A DNA stretch of 63,804 bases, filler included, from Octopus bimaculoides (lineage: Eukaryota): NCBI RefSeq assembly GCF_001194135.2. It is 4 parts of 3 records of this genome, joined end to end, with 100 filler letters (N's around TTAATTAATTAA, not from the genome) between each part and the next. Parts side by side here need not be neighbours in the genome. Positions count along the whole stretch, not along the records: positions 36,772 to 61,576 come from NC_068986.1; 3 more parts are not named here. The stretch is one strand, 5' to 3'. Numbering within the stretch: position 1 is the stretch's first letter; each line of letters begins with the position of its first letter. Of the stretch, positions 40,104-53,632 are shown one piece after another. The notes under the pieces are model-generated. The model had not been told where the DNA came from, did not search any database, and saw nothing but the letters and a program-made list of their open reading frames with translations. Position numbers and translations under genes: made by a program.

Positions 40104-41394
40104 CAGAGGGAATGGTTAACTGGCAAACACTTTGAAGTCACAGTCAATACAGAATACAAAATTTGTTTTCTAACAGAAGTTTTGAACAACTCTGTTTAAT
40201 GCAACACTTTTTTTTATTACAACATCAAATAGGTATATGTGTAACACATACACACACGCACACACACAAATACTGATGTATATACACAAAGAGAGAAGGA
40301 AAATTGAATTAAAGAGAGATAAATACATACATATACATGAGGAGGAAGTGAGTGTCGGCGGTGAGCGAGAAAACTATGGAGATTGAAGCTGGTTTTTATA
40401 TATTTTCTGTAATCACCTGTCTCAATCAAAACTGAAAATGTAATTTCTGTTTTACTTCTCATGCCGTTTTCCATTTTACAAGCAATCTAATGGCAAATGC
40501 AATAGCACAATAACAACTACAAACCTAAAACAATTGCCAATGTAAAATATTAAACCTACCATATTAAAAAGTAGACAATATATAGAATAACAAAACGAAG
40601 AAAAATAGCTATTAATAAATACATATTAGTTAAGTCCCAAAAATGAGATGCAGCTCATAGTTGTTAAAATTCTCTTGGAAGTTGAAATAATTGCCAAATT
40701 GGAGCCCGCTATATCACATATTGTAGCATAATGATGGGCCATACTTATCAATATGTAACCTTCATAAACAAGCAAATATGCACATATGCACATATCATCC
40801 CTCACTAACGCTTTTAATTATGACGTTTATTTTTCTTTTATTTCTTTTTTTTTCCAATAAAACCAAGTAAATGCCTGCTAATCAATTATATATACGTGTA
40901 CGTGTGTTTCTATCCATACGGACATGTGAACATATGTCTCGATAATATGTATATACATATGTGTTTGTATGTATGAGTGTGTCTATATATATATATATAT
41001 NNNNNNNNNNNNNNNNNNNNNNNNNNNNNNNNNNNNNNNNNNNNNNNNNNNNNNNNNNNNNNNNNNNNNNNNNNNNNNNNNNNNNNNNNNNNNNNNNNNN
41101 NNNNNNNNNNNNNNNNNNNNNNNNNNNNNNNNNNNNNNNNNNNNNNNNNNNNNNNNNNNNNNNNNNNNNNNNNNNNNNNNNNNNNNNNNNNNNNNNNNNN
41201 NNNNNNNNNNNNNNNNNNNNNNNNNNNNNNNNNNNNNNNNNNNNNNNNNNNNNNNNNNNNNNNNNNNNNNNNNNNNNNNNNNNNNNNNNNNNNNNNNNNN
41301 NNNNNNNNNNNNNNNNNNNNNNNNNNNNNNNNNNNNNNNNNNNNNNNNNNNNNNNNNNNNNNNNNNNNNNNNNNNNNNNNNNNNNNNNNNNNNN

Positions 41395-41453
<59 letters not shown>

Positions 41454-41604
41454 GTGTGTGTCCTCAATAAGCAATGCATGTTTATGAATGAAATATGGGA
41501 AGGCATTTACAACTTTTCATTCATCTATATGTATGTGCGTGTGTATATAGATATACATACACACACATGCAAACACGCACACACAAACACTAACACAGAC
41601 ACAC

Positions 41605-41644
<40 letters not shown>

Positions 41645-42079
41645 CTGTACGTGGTTATTTGTATGCACACACTAAACGATAACACTTTAACATTTCACTG
41701 AAAGTGTTTTCAAATATGTTGTCTTGTATGTTGCATAGGAAACGGGTCGGGGTTGTTTGAAACTTATGATATTTTACGGTCCAATAGGACACACTCAGTG
41801 GTATTTTATAGGGTCTCTTTACAAAGACCAATAGCAGACTTGCTGGCGCCTTCTATTGAGAAGACTACAACATCAAAAGCATTGTCATATACATAATTAA
41901 TATTGCACTAGTAGAATTACGCCAAGCATTATTGATATCGACACTAACATATGTGTTTATGTGTCCATGTGTATGCATTCACATACACATACGCACACAC
42001 ACACACACATATAGATACTTCTCTCCCACTCTCACTCTCTCTTTTCTCTTTGTTTCTGTGTGTGTGTGTATATATGTAT

Positions 42080-42127
<48 letters not shown>

Positions 42128-43302
42128 NNNNNNNNNNNNNNNNNNNNNNNNNNNNNNNNNNNNNNNNNNNNNNNNNNNNNNNNNNNNNNNNNNNNNNNNN
42201 NNNNNNNNNNNNNNNNNNNNNNNNNNNNNNNNNNNNNNNNNNNNNNNNNNNNNNNNNNNNNNNNNNNNNNNNNNNNNNNNNNNNNNNNNNNNNNNNNNNN
42301 NNNNNNNNNNNNNNNNNNNNNNNNNNNNNNNNNNNNNNNNNNNNNNNNNNNNNNNNNNNNNNNNNNNNNNNNNNNNNNNNNNNNNNNNNNNNNNNNNNNN
42401 NNNNNNNNNNNNNNNNNNNNNNNNNNNNNNNNNNNNNNNNNNNNNNNNNNNNNNNNNNNNNNNNNNNNNNNNNNNNNNNNNNNNNNNNNNNNNNNNNNNN
42501 NNNNNNNNNNNNNNNNNNNNNNNNNNNNNNNNNNNNNNNNNNNNNNNNNNNNNNNNNNNNNNNNNNNNNNNNNNNNNNNNNNNNNNNNNNNNNNNNNNNN
42601 ATATATATATATATACATGTGTGTGTGTGTGTGTGTGTGTCACACAGAAAGGTAAAACAGTAAAAGACAAAGCTGGAAAGAGAATTGTAGTCGTACATAA
42701 ATAGCTAAGTATAGTATATGATGTATAAAATATGAATTCTTAAATTAGGTATTTAATATAACAAGATTACTGCAACATGGTGTCTTCAAATGTCACATTG
42801 GACATACGTTATTACTACGTGTAATACAACGGCACTAAGACTACTTTTACTATTGATATATCAAATCCATGTGTCGTTGTATATATTGGAGTTTGGGCTA
42901 TGTTTTCTTTACTGCGAGCCTCGATGCTGAAATTGAGGTTTCTGTTGTGATTTCGAATCCAACTATTGTGTCGAGTTTCCCTAGCAGTATTTTTGGAACC
43001 AATAAGCAAAATACCAGTGAATTATTAGTTTCGATTGAAAGAAATCTACAGCCTTCTAAAACTTTAGGCGCCATTTCCAAGTCAGAGAGCTGAAAGAATC
43101 GTTGAAGCTTCGGAGAAGTTATGGTCTCACATCACACCTAGATCAACTGTCTTTTTAACGCTTCGGGCATGATAAAACTCAAGTGCCAGTCAAGTACTGG
43201 GTATGACATAATCAAGTACCAGTCAAGAATTGAGTACGATAATATCGACAAAGCACTCCTCTCAAGTGTGTTGCACTTCTGCTTAATACCAATATGATAT
43301 TG

Positions 43303-43850
43303 ACGGAGCATCGAGGAAATCTACCTGTGACATTTCTTAACGTGAATCCGACTTCGCTGTCCTCCATGGTATGTCAACTAAAAGATGAGGGTTCTGTAAA
43401 AGTTATCTCTTTAAAGCATCCTCAGTAACCACATTTCATCCGGCATCGTAATACCTATCCTTCAAATCTATCTGCCGCAATTCGCCAGTTTTTGCGGTCC
43501 TAACTACCCCTGCCTAGTGTAGAAATATTCCTTTTATCTCGAACACACAAGGCCACCAATCACAAAATTATCGCTTGAATGGTTCTTAAATATTTCGCCT
43601 TGGATATATTTCTATACGCAGAACGATCTGTAATCTCGCCTATTGAACGGCGATATAGTTTGACATTTGGAAATACATATCAATATGCCTCACGTCAAAG
43701 AAACTCAGCAAACCAAAACATTCAACTCTCGTTTTACTAGTCACATTTCTAACGTTTCCATGGCCATCAGTAGAGATTTCAAAGTACCAGACCTACTCTA
43801 ATATTGCTCACACTAAGAAATAACAGACGTAGATTTCCTCGATGCTCCGT
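43303..43850. mobile_element. 548-bp non-autonomous DNA transposon with perfect 22-bp TIRs
   Basis: ACGGAGCATCGAGGAAATCTAC (43303-43324) and its exact reverse complement at 43829-43850. Confidence 0.8.
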
Positions 43851-44550
43851 AACCAGCATACTGTAGTTTATTTACCATTAGTTATGGTTTTTGTATTAAT
43901 CACAAATGTAACAAACTTGAGAGGAGGGCTTTGCCGATATTATCATTCCCAATGTGAAAGAAAGCAGTATTGTTCAACTAGACATCAGCGAAATCTCCCA
44001 TTGTGTCTAGCATTCTAATCGACATGCAAAACCTCCCATCCGCAGACTTTTTTTTTTGTCTTTCATCTTTTGACGTGGTTGTTTCATTATAGTTTGCAAC
44101 AGCATGGTCTGACATGACGCAGATTTTTCTGCCCCACTCTCTAACAAATCTGCTGTTTATCATTGTTTGATATTACACCACTCTCTTACTTTCACATATG
44201 AATGATTTACCAACGTATTCAACTTCTCCTGAGGTCAATGGTACACCACATCACTTGATATCATTGTCGAGAGTAGCTTACTGTGTATTGTGGCACGATA
44301 CCACTAATTGGATCTCTCAACACTATTTGCTTTTTTAATTGAACTGGTCTCTAGCATGAGTCAGTCTCATAATACACTCTATCGATTGGTTATTGAAAGA
44401 CAAACAGAAAGAGAAATAGAGCAACTGTAAAATATGCAATGACAGTAACACTTGTACGTCTAGATGAGAAGAGTCTTATGACAGAATATCATATCATGTG
44501 GCCACCGTTACGTTTAATAAAGTTATGAGCGTGTCACCTATGCTGTTTAG

Positions 44551-44642
44551 ACAGTTCTACTTCAACGCCTGATTATAGGAAGCCGGAAGATATTCGTTTG
44601 CTTCGAGCAATATATTTAAGTGCATTCTCTGCTCCAATGCAG
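44551..44642 (+). CDS. Candidate internal exon (SSTSTPDYRKPEDIRLLRAIYLSAFSAPMQ)
   Basis: TGCTGTTTAG acceptor, open 92 nt, strong CAG|GTGAGA donor. No homology recognised. Confidence 0.25.
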
Positions 44643-46024
44643 GTGAGAAAGAAATGTTCTTTGTTTCCCCTCTTTTAATTACACAATGCATATGTTTGAT
44701 AGAATGCATCTGAACACGTAGGTAAGATGTCAACAAAGTCAAATCATTTCTTTTATCCTAGCGGTCATGTTCCTTAATAGTAAATTGTATTTCCTTTCTG
44801 TTGACGATGTTTTTAGTATGTGTCATATAAAAAAGGCAAAATGCAGGTGACACTCGCGTTTTTCTTTTTCCATGTTTCATCCTCCTTCTGTGAATTGTTG
44901 CACATGCATGTATGCATGTGTGTAAACATATATATATATATATATATANNNNNNNNNNNNNNNNNNNNNNNNNNNNNNNNNNNNNNNNNNNNNNNNNNNN
45001 NNNNNNNNNNNNNNNNNNNNNNNNNNNNNNNNNNNNNNNNNNNNNNNNNNNNNNNNNNNNNNNNNNNNNNNNNNNNNNNNNNNNNNNNNNNNNNNNNNNN
45101 NNNNNNNNNNNNNNNNNNNNNNNNNNNNNNNNNNNNNNNNNNNNNNNNNNNNNNNNNNNNNNNNNNNNNNNNNNNNNNNNNNNNNNNNNNNNNNNNNNNN
45201 NNNNNNNNNNNNNNNNNNNNNNNNNNNNNNNNNNNNNNNNNNNNNNNNNNNNNNNNNNNNNNNNNNNNNNNNNNNNNNNNNNNNNNNNNNNNNNNNATAT
45301 ATATATATATATATATATATATACGTACATGCATATATACATACATACATACGTATATGTGTATGATGTGTGTGCGTATATCTATATTTATCTATCTATC
45401 TATCAATCAATCTATCTATCTATGTATCTCTCTATATATATATCTATGCTTACATATATTATGTCAATGTTTGTCTGTGCTTATGTGTGTGTAGTTACAT
45501 ACATATTTATAAGGCGTCTGTTAGATAAGAAAATATGGAACAGCAGACAGCACCAAGAGCAAATGTTCCAAAATTCTTTGGTTTTTAACATAAAATAATT
45601 GATTTAACACAGGGGTATAAAGTTTGTAGAATTAAATATACAATGTCTAATTTCTTACTTATAAGTTGTCTTAAATTTGTCTCACCAGGTTTCTAGACGA
45701 AACATCCGGATGGAAATTTGCGCTAATAACATTAAATCGATTATGATTGAACATTTAATTAAAGTCGGTCGATGGTTATACATGGGGAGTAAATTTAATT
45801 TTCGCCGTCGGAACAGAGACTGAGTACACTGATAATTGAGATTATTCAATAAGAATTATTAATTATAAATTCTGTGATGGTTTTGGTAATAATGTGTAAT
45901 CACATATATTATCTGCTCAAGCAAATACACTAATATAGTTACGCAGATATTCGTAAACATAAGTCTAAAGCATGTATAAATACGTAATCAATATGTATAT
46001 TAAATCTATCCATGTATACATACA

Positions 46025-46063
<39 letters not shown>

Positions 46064-46074
46064 CTGTCTGTCTG

Positions 46075-46116
<42 letters not shown>

Positions 46117-47709
46117 NNNNNNNNNNNNNNNNNNNNNNNNNNNNNNNNNNNNNNNNNNNNNNNNNNNNNNNNNNNNNNNNNNNNNNNNNNNNNNNNNNNN
46201 NNNNNNNNNNNNNNNNNNNNNNNNNNNNNNNNNNNNNNNNNNNNNNNNNNNNNNNNNNNNNNNNNNNNNNNNNNNNNNNNNNNNNNNNNNNNNNNNNNNN
46301 NNNNNNNNNNNNNNNNNNNNNNNNNNNNNNNNNNNNNNNNNNNNNNNNNNNNNNNNNNNNNNNNNNNNNNNNNNNNNNNNNNNNNNNNNNNNNNNNNNNN
46401 NNNNNNNNNNNNNNNNNNNNNNNNNNNNNNNNNNNNNNNNNNNNNNNNNNNNNNNNNNNNNNNNNNNNNNNNNNNNNNNNNNNNNNNNNNNNNNNNNNNN
46501 NNNNNNNNNNNNNNNNNNNNNNNNNNNNNNNNNNNNNNNNNNNNNNNNNNNNNNNNNNNNNNNNNNNNNNNNNNNNNNNNNNATATATATATATATATAC
46601 ATATACAAGTGGGTATACACACGCACATTTACAGACACAAAGCAAACACACCAGATGCACATGCATACACACATAGAATCACACACAGTAGAAACTGTGT
46701 GTAGAAATAGGTGTTCGATTACTACGGTTATATTTAAACCTCCTTGCAGATTATCGTAATCCAGTGGGCTTTTGTATCGTTCTAAAGTAATTTCTGACCG
46801 TTACAAGTTATGAGTTATAGGGCAAATGTAGCAGAGATAGCGTTGGTAAGTTTATATGAACTTGTATTTATTTATATTTCTCTTTCATATGTGTGTCTGT
46901 GTCTGTGTGTGTGTGTCTGTGTCTGTGTGTGTCTGTATGTGTGTGTGTGTCTGTGTGTGCGTATGTGTTTGTGTGCCTGTGCGTGTGTGTGTGTGCCTGT
47001 GCGTGTGTGTGTGTATTTCGCAAAGCCTCCCAAAAGTACATACCGATATCCGAGTGTCACGTATGCCTTATTAAATTAACTATGAAGATAAACCAACCAG
47101 CACAAATGTAGCTGATCTCCACAATCTAGGAAACAACAAAACTCTCCAATTTACAGGAATAAATTACATCCTATAATACGGAGAGGAAGATGCAAAAAAA
47201 ATTACTATTGCGCATAAGAAATATTTATTCCCATAGTCAGCTCCCAAACAGATATCTCTGTTGTTTGGACACCAATGCAATACCATACAATCCGCTGGTG
47301 ACAACAACGTTAAAAGTATAAACGCTGCCTGGGAATCCATTTTCTGATTACTACGAGTAAGAACATCTAATAAACAAACAGTAATAAACTCAGTTACAGC
47401 AATCTTATTATGAAATGCACTTTCACAACAAAACGAACATGAAATACTAGAATATTTGTTTCTCAATCTACATCTTATCGCAAGCATATCAAACCAAAAA
47501 CCAGTCAAATAAGAGTAGTGGAAGAGTGTATCTCATACACAACGCCTTCGAATAATACAGATGGAAAAATGTACAAGCTTTGGTCAATATCTATGATGTA
47601 TGCTCAATACTAAAAAGTATATTGAACATATATATTGCGTATTACATGCATAATAACAGAAAAGGTAATTAGAAATTAACTGAGGAGAATTCTACACACA
47701 TACATCCCC

Positions 47710-47748
<39 letters not shown>

Positions 47749-48439
47749 TGTGTGTGTGAAAGCTTGCGCATGTTTCTCTGTTTTGCGCTACTGAAAAATC
47801 ATTTCACGAAGCTGCGGCATGGCACAACTTAGCAAAGCCAAGCCTCGGAAGAAGTAATTGTTACTTATAAATACTAGTTAATGGACACGCGTCCCTGGAG
47901 AAGAAATGAGTCGTAGCGACACCAACAAGCATGCATCACGTAGAGCCATGTTTAATATATTTATGTGTTGCCTAGCAGACCAGACATCGCGCGTAATCGA
48001 CCGTATAATGCCGATAGATCGGAAGGCATCTTACGTTGCCTCCGATTTCGAAGCGGAATAAGATTGAATTCTCTCGCTAAGAAGCTACGGTTAGTGTCAG
48101 TAATGAGTTTAACAGCCATCTCACTCTGTCCGTCGCTATAACAAGACCGACTCGATCAAATTATACCCGGTAAATTCGTTCGCTGAACATGTTTCCTCGT
48201 TCTCCTGTTGTGTTTCTAGGGATTATTTCAAACCGGGGAGTCTTGAGCTACAGACGATTTAGTTGCCAGCGACGCGTGTATGACGGGTATTACATCAGAT
48301 TTCATTTGAACATCAGTAAACGGAACCAAGCGACCTGACATATATAAATGCGCAAATGTATTGAATTTAGGTGTGCATGTATACATACACATATGCACAC
48401 AGACAAAGACATTTATAATCGTTGTAAATTATTTTTGTG

Positions 48440-48720
48440 CGAAAGGAAATCACTTTAACATGCCAAAATGGTCGACATAATGCTGGAGAACTTTCAAAAT
48501 TGAGGAACACATGTGAGCTTAAGCTTGCACTGTCTCCACACACACCTTAATTATTACCCTGAGAATCATCATGACACATGTGACGAGCGGGGTGAATGCT
48601 TACATCAGGATATAAAATCATTAGAAAAAAAGGTATCAAGGCAGACAGGTCTTGCTTATGAAGGCGTAATATTTCTGGAACTTAGCTCGAGAAAAATTTC
48701 CAAACGCCGATTCATGAGAC
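48440..48720 (+). mobile_element. CMC/Chapaev-3-like transposase relic, C-terminal catalytic part
   Basis: MLENFQN*GTHVSLSLHCLHTHLNYYPEN...CDERGECLHQDIKSLEK resembles MSLKxHFLHSHLDFFPENLGxVSDExGERFHQDIxxME. Confidence 0.8.
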
Positions 48721-51279
48721 ATTAGACATAAACAATGATGTAGCTTGTTGGTAGATATTTTTAGATTTTTAATGGTTTTACTGTTTAATTTTAAGAAAAC
48801 CTGGTTTTGAAGAAAAACAAATTTTTATGTGTGCTTGTATGTTATACCTTCTTCTTCATAAGCTGTATTATTGAAAATTCAATGAAATTCACTGGATCCA
48901 CTACGTTAAGGTTTTTTCGCGTTATGGTAATAAAATGATGTCATTTCCGTATTCTGTGTTAGTACAACAGGTCCAGATTTTTTGACAATAGAGAGAAAAA
49001 TATTTCTGTGGGCCTCCGTTAAGGTTGTTTTATTTACAACAAAATCACGATAAGCAGAAATTACATTACCCTTCTAATCCCTTATCACTATCATTAATTA
49101 ATTTCTCTTAGTGTGGCGTGTATGTTTCTACCCGGTACTTTTCATAATATCCACTGAATGCGAGGTCAAACGGTTGCAGAGTTTAGACCAGCAATTTATA
49201 AATGGAGGGGTGCAAGTCGATTACATGCCCCCCACCCTGCCAGCAGTTGACTGGTACTTCATTTTATCCACCCTTAAAAAGGATGAAAGACAAAGTTGAC
49301 CAGGGTGTTATTTGAACCTATAACATCCCGAATCGGAAAAAAATGCCGCGAAGTATTATGTCCAACATACTAATGAGTGTGCCAGCAAATCACCTTATTG
49401 GGCTCATTAGCCATGCTATACTCAGCCTGTTTTGTTTGATATTATTTTATTTTTTTTAGTTTTATTCATTTATTTATATATTTATTTTTTGTTTAGGAGG
49501 GAGTGTCTCCGGACAAAGCTCCTATTGGGTTACACTTCGAACGGCAATCGTAGGAAATGAAAATCACATTATATCTGCATTGCATGGTCGATGAAATAAA
49601 TAAATAAATAAAAATAATTACTAATCGAATTTTAATCAGATATTATTTTATTGATCACAATAAGTAAAACTTACAAAAAAAAATTCAGAAATTACATTTA
49701 AAAAATCGTATTAAGCCCTTTGGCAGCTTTGCTGATTTGGGCAAGTTGGTAGGAGACCGATAAAATAAGTACTAAGCCTACAAAGAAGGAGTCCTGGGGT
49801 AAATTTGCTCGACTAAAGGCAGTGATCCAGCATGGCCGCAGTGAAATGACTGAAACAAGTAAAAGAGTAAAAGCGTAAGTCCAATAAATTATTTAAAAAG
49901 GCGTCGCTTACAGACGTCAGAATAGGTTGTAAGTATTTTAACACATGACGCATCGTAATGTTTATCTATGTTGCCAGTGGAGCTCGCCTCTCCTTCTCAG
50001 ACTCATTTCATTTCCACCGAGGACGCATTCTGCCCAGACATCAGACGATGTCGCTACCATGAGCATGTGCATTTCCATCACACAAAATGTATATTTGCAA
50101 TCACACATATACATGTATACATACACAATTGAGCACTAACTTCTAAACGCACACGCTCGCACACAGACACATACACACATGCACTCTCACAAACACGCAC
50201 GTGCACACATATACATGTACACAAACACATACACCCAGTAAACCTTACACACACACATGCACAAACGCATACGCACATGCATGCGCACACACACACACGT
50301 ACACACCCACGTACACAACCACGTACACAACCACGTACACACCCACTGTTGCCTTGATAACGAAATCAACGTAGCGCCGATTACATTACACAAATTACCG
50401 TCCACTCTACCTTCGTTTCCTATCTTCTCTCTCCTATTTACTTTCTCTTTCATACCCCCCCCCCTCTTTATTTACTCATCAAAACAAGGATTGTCAGCAC
50501 TTCCAGTCTCTTTCTCTCACTTTCTCTCTCCCTAAAAATAGGAAATGACAAGCATGAAATTTTTTAGACGTTGAATTTCTACTAATGGACGTTGACATTA
50601 TTCGATTTCAGAGACCAACCCGAAGAAACTGTACAAAACGAAAACAGGTATTTAATTACATTCAATCCTGTTGATAGAAAAAATTCTAAGCACGATGTCC
50701 TGTATTATTTAGAAATACAAAACCAAAAGGATTTGACTCATTTACGCTCATTTAGGAAGGCTAAAATACGTAGTCGAACAGCGTTGATATTCAACCAATA
50801 AACTATGGTGCAACACTGGTACAATTCATTGATGGTTAAACTGTCAACAAGACTCCATCTCTTCACTTAAGCGAAAATATGTTTCTTTCAGATTGTAAAT
50901 TAATTTGACGATCTCTGTCTGAAATCTGTGATTTCCGTATGAAATATGTGTTTCTAACACATATTGAAATCAATAGGAATTAATTAGATTATTTTGAATA
51001 CAATTAAGGAATAAAAATTAACTCCATACAAATTCCCATGTCGATCATTGCTATCGGTTTTTGTTTTGCGCTATTTATTTGTTATTTTGTGCTGCACAGC
51101 GCTTTTTCTTTTTCTGTTTTTTTTTTTCTATGGCGACTACTATCATTAAATTGTGTTGATTGTGTTCGCTTCTGCTTTAGTTGTCGATGTCATTATTTTT
51201 TTTGTTTTATCTATAGCTGCTGTTCATGTTAATTTTGTTTCTTCCTCTTCATGTTCTTCACCAATGTAACAGTGTCCTT

Positions 51280-51310
<31 letters not shown>

Positions 51311-51824
51311 AGTTTTATTATGTTATTATCTTCTTTTTTTTCTTTTAAACCAGATTATTGAATATGTTTTGACATAGCCTTCTGAACCTGAACATCATAA
51401 TTAAATTCAGAAATAATGTGCAAGAAAAATAATATTAATTTCATTTCTAGAGTCAGCTTTTATTTACTTACAGAACAAATAATGAGAAGAAGAGGCAGTT
51501 ATGGTTTTCCGAATGTATTTAAATATATAATTATGGTTTCTAACTTTGACACAATGTTACAAACCTCGTATATGTGATCAAATAGCGTTGACTGTTATAT
51601 GATATATTAATGCTCAGAAAGATGAAAGGCAAATTTTAACCATGCGGAATTCGATTTTAAAGATATAGGGATCCATTTCTCCTGGTGGTTTAGCTATATA
51701 GCTATGCCATATTGTTTCCTTGTAACTTACAGGCACAACCAAAATGGAGAATAAGTTCTATAAATCAAATGGCCAATGCTATTAGTATGGGATATTTAAT
51801 TACCTTACGAAGTACTACTATCAA

Positions 51825-51985
51825 GACCGAACGCCCAGGAAAACCAATGAAAGGAGTCTTGTTTCATCAGGGCAATGCTCCAACACACAAGTCCTTGGTA
51901 TCAATGGCTGTTGCAGCACGTGACTGCGGCTTTGATCCGGTTGATCACTCTTTCTGTTCTTTTGATTTTCTACCATCTCATTATC
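51825..51985 (+). mobile_element. Mariner (DD34D) transposase fragment
   Basis: KGVLFHQGNAPTHKSLVSMA...RDCGFDPVDH resembles LFHQDNAPxHKS...GFELxxHPPYSPDL. Confidence 0.85.
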
Positions 51986-53402
51986 ATTAGATGTGTGTGT
52001 GTATGAATTTATAGATTATCTCATATTATATCATATATTATATTGAAACACGTCAGTGTGCCATTGTATTGCTTTATATCTGTTGTATTTGTGTTGTGCG
52101 TTATATGTCGCAGTACTGATGTATTGTCTTTCTATATTGGATGTAACAGTGATCGCAACCATTGCACACCTTCGAAAGAAGGTAGATTGATTCATTTAAC
52201 GCTCTATGAAACTATGGTAAATAGATAGTTAAAAGGAAAATGTATGCAGAGAGTTATGTTTGGAAAAGCGGCGACACGTGTAAAATGAGGTACGGGTAGA
52301 TTTAGTTGTAGGCCTTGGTAAAATTGTGCACTGCATTTAAGATTTTGAGGTCAATACTGTAGTAAGGCAGAATGAGAACAGATAACAGGTCTGTATTCCA
52401 GAAAACCTAGAATTTACCGGTAATCAACTTCATTCTAATATGTCAAGTTGTTCTCCTTTGACCGTTTGTAGAATATTTGTATGAATAGCAGCAAAATGAT
52501 GTATAAAGAATACTCGTATGTTGGTGCCTGTTGAGAGTTGTAAAAAGTTAATAGTAGTTAGGCTATGAGATATTTCCTAGTTCTAAAGCGGATAGGTTAA
52601 TTTTATGAAAGTGTTTTCCTATTTACAGAAGCTTTGTTAGCCCGTTGGCAGTTGGTTTCATAACATTTCTTTTCTATTTACTCTTCCGTTGTTATTCAAA
52701 ATTCATTATTTATAGACCTCGTTTTTTGCATATTTCTCGGTGCTATATTTTTATTTTAGTGCGACGGACCATTGTGATTTCCGGGTTAGATAATGAAACG
52801 ATGACTTCAGCAATGAATTGTAAATATCAAGTAAATTGAATTGAGAGATTTCATTGAAGAAAACTGTGACGACCTCTGAACGTCATACCGGCTGACAATG
52901 CCAAAGAAAGCGCCGAGATAGCTAGAGGTAAAAATAAAAAAACAGTGGAACCTAAACCATTCTTGTACAGTTGATAAATATTTACGATGGACTTTGTGTT
53001 CTTGTGGAATACACTTCATCGTACGCTGCTCTACGACTACTTCGAAAACTGAGTTGCGTTAAACAGTACACGTTTCAGGAGAGAATGAGTAAATTTACTG
53101 CACAATCTTCCAACCATTGTAAAGAAATCCTTTGTGCAGGTTATTCAGCAAGAAATTGCAGAGATAGTTTTACGTGGACTTCAAAAGACTACATTTATAT
53201 AAGGAGGAAGGCAAGTTCAAGTATGCTAATTAACCCATCACTGGGACCTGGGGGAAAATAGTGATAAACATGTGACTTCAAAGTCCTCGAAACACTGGAA
53301 CTCCCGAAACAGGACCCCAGTACCGGATGCATTTTAAACACAAAAACAGGAAACACTGCTCCCATACACACACTTACACACACAAACACAGACACACACA
53401 TG

Positions 53403-53632
53403 TGCGGCGAGCTGGCAGAAACGTTAGCACGCCGGACGAAATGCTTAGCGGTATTTCGTCTGCGCTACGTTCTGAGTTCAAATTCCGCCGATGTCGACTT
53501 TGCCTTTCATCCTTTCGGGATCGATTAAATAAGTACCAGTTACGCACTGGGTCGGTATTATCGACTTAATCCGTTTGTCTGTCCTTGTGTGTCTCCTCTG
53601 TGTGTAGCCCCTTGTGGGTAGTAAAGAAATAA
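53403..53632 (+). mobile_element. SINE family S2, full length, with the alternative TTAATCCGTTTGTCTGTCC tail
   Basis: Intact head GCGGCGAGCTGGCAGAAACGTTAGCACGCC and core. Confidence 0.92.

Noticed and set aside
47164-47508. 114-aa minus-strand ORF in unique sequence
   Set aside because: No recognisable domain, no convincing splice or start context, and a length attainable by chance.
48019-48046. Small hairpin TCGGAAGGCA...TGCCTCCGA as a possible miRNA
   Set aside because: The ~9-bp stem is far too short for a pre-miRNA.
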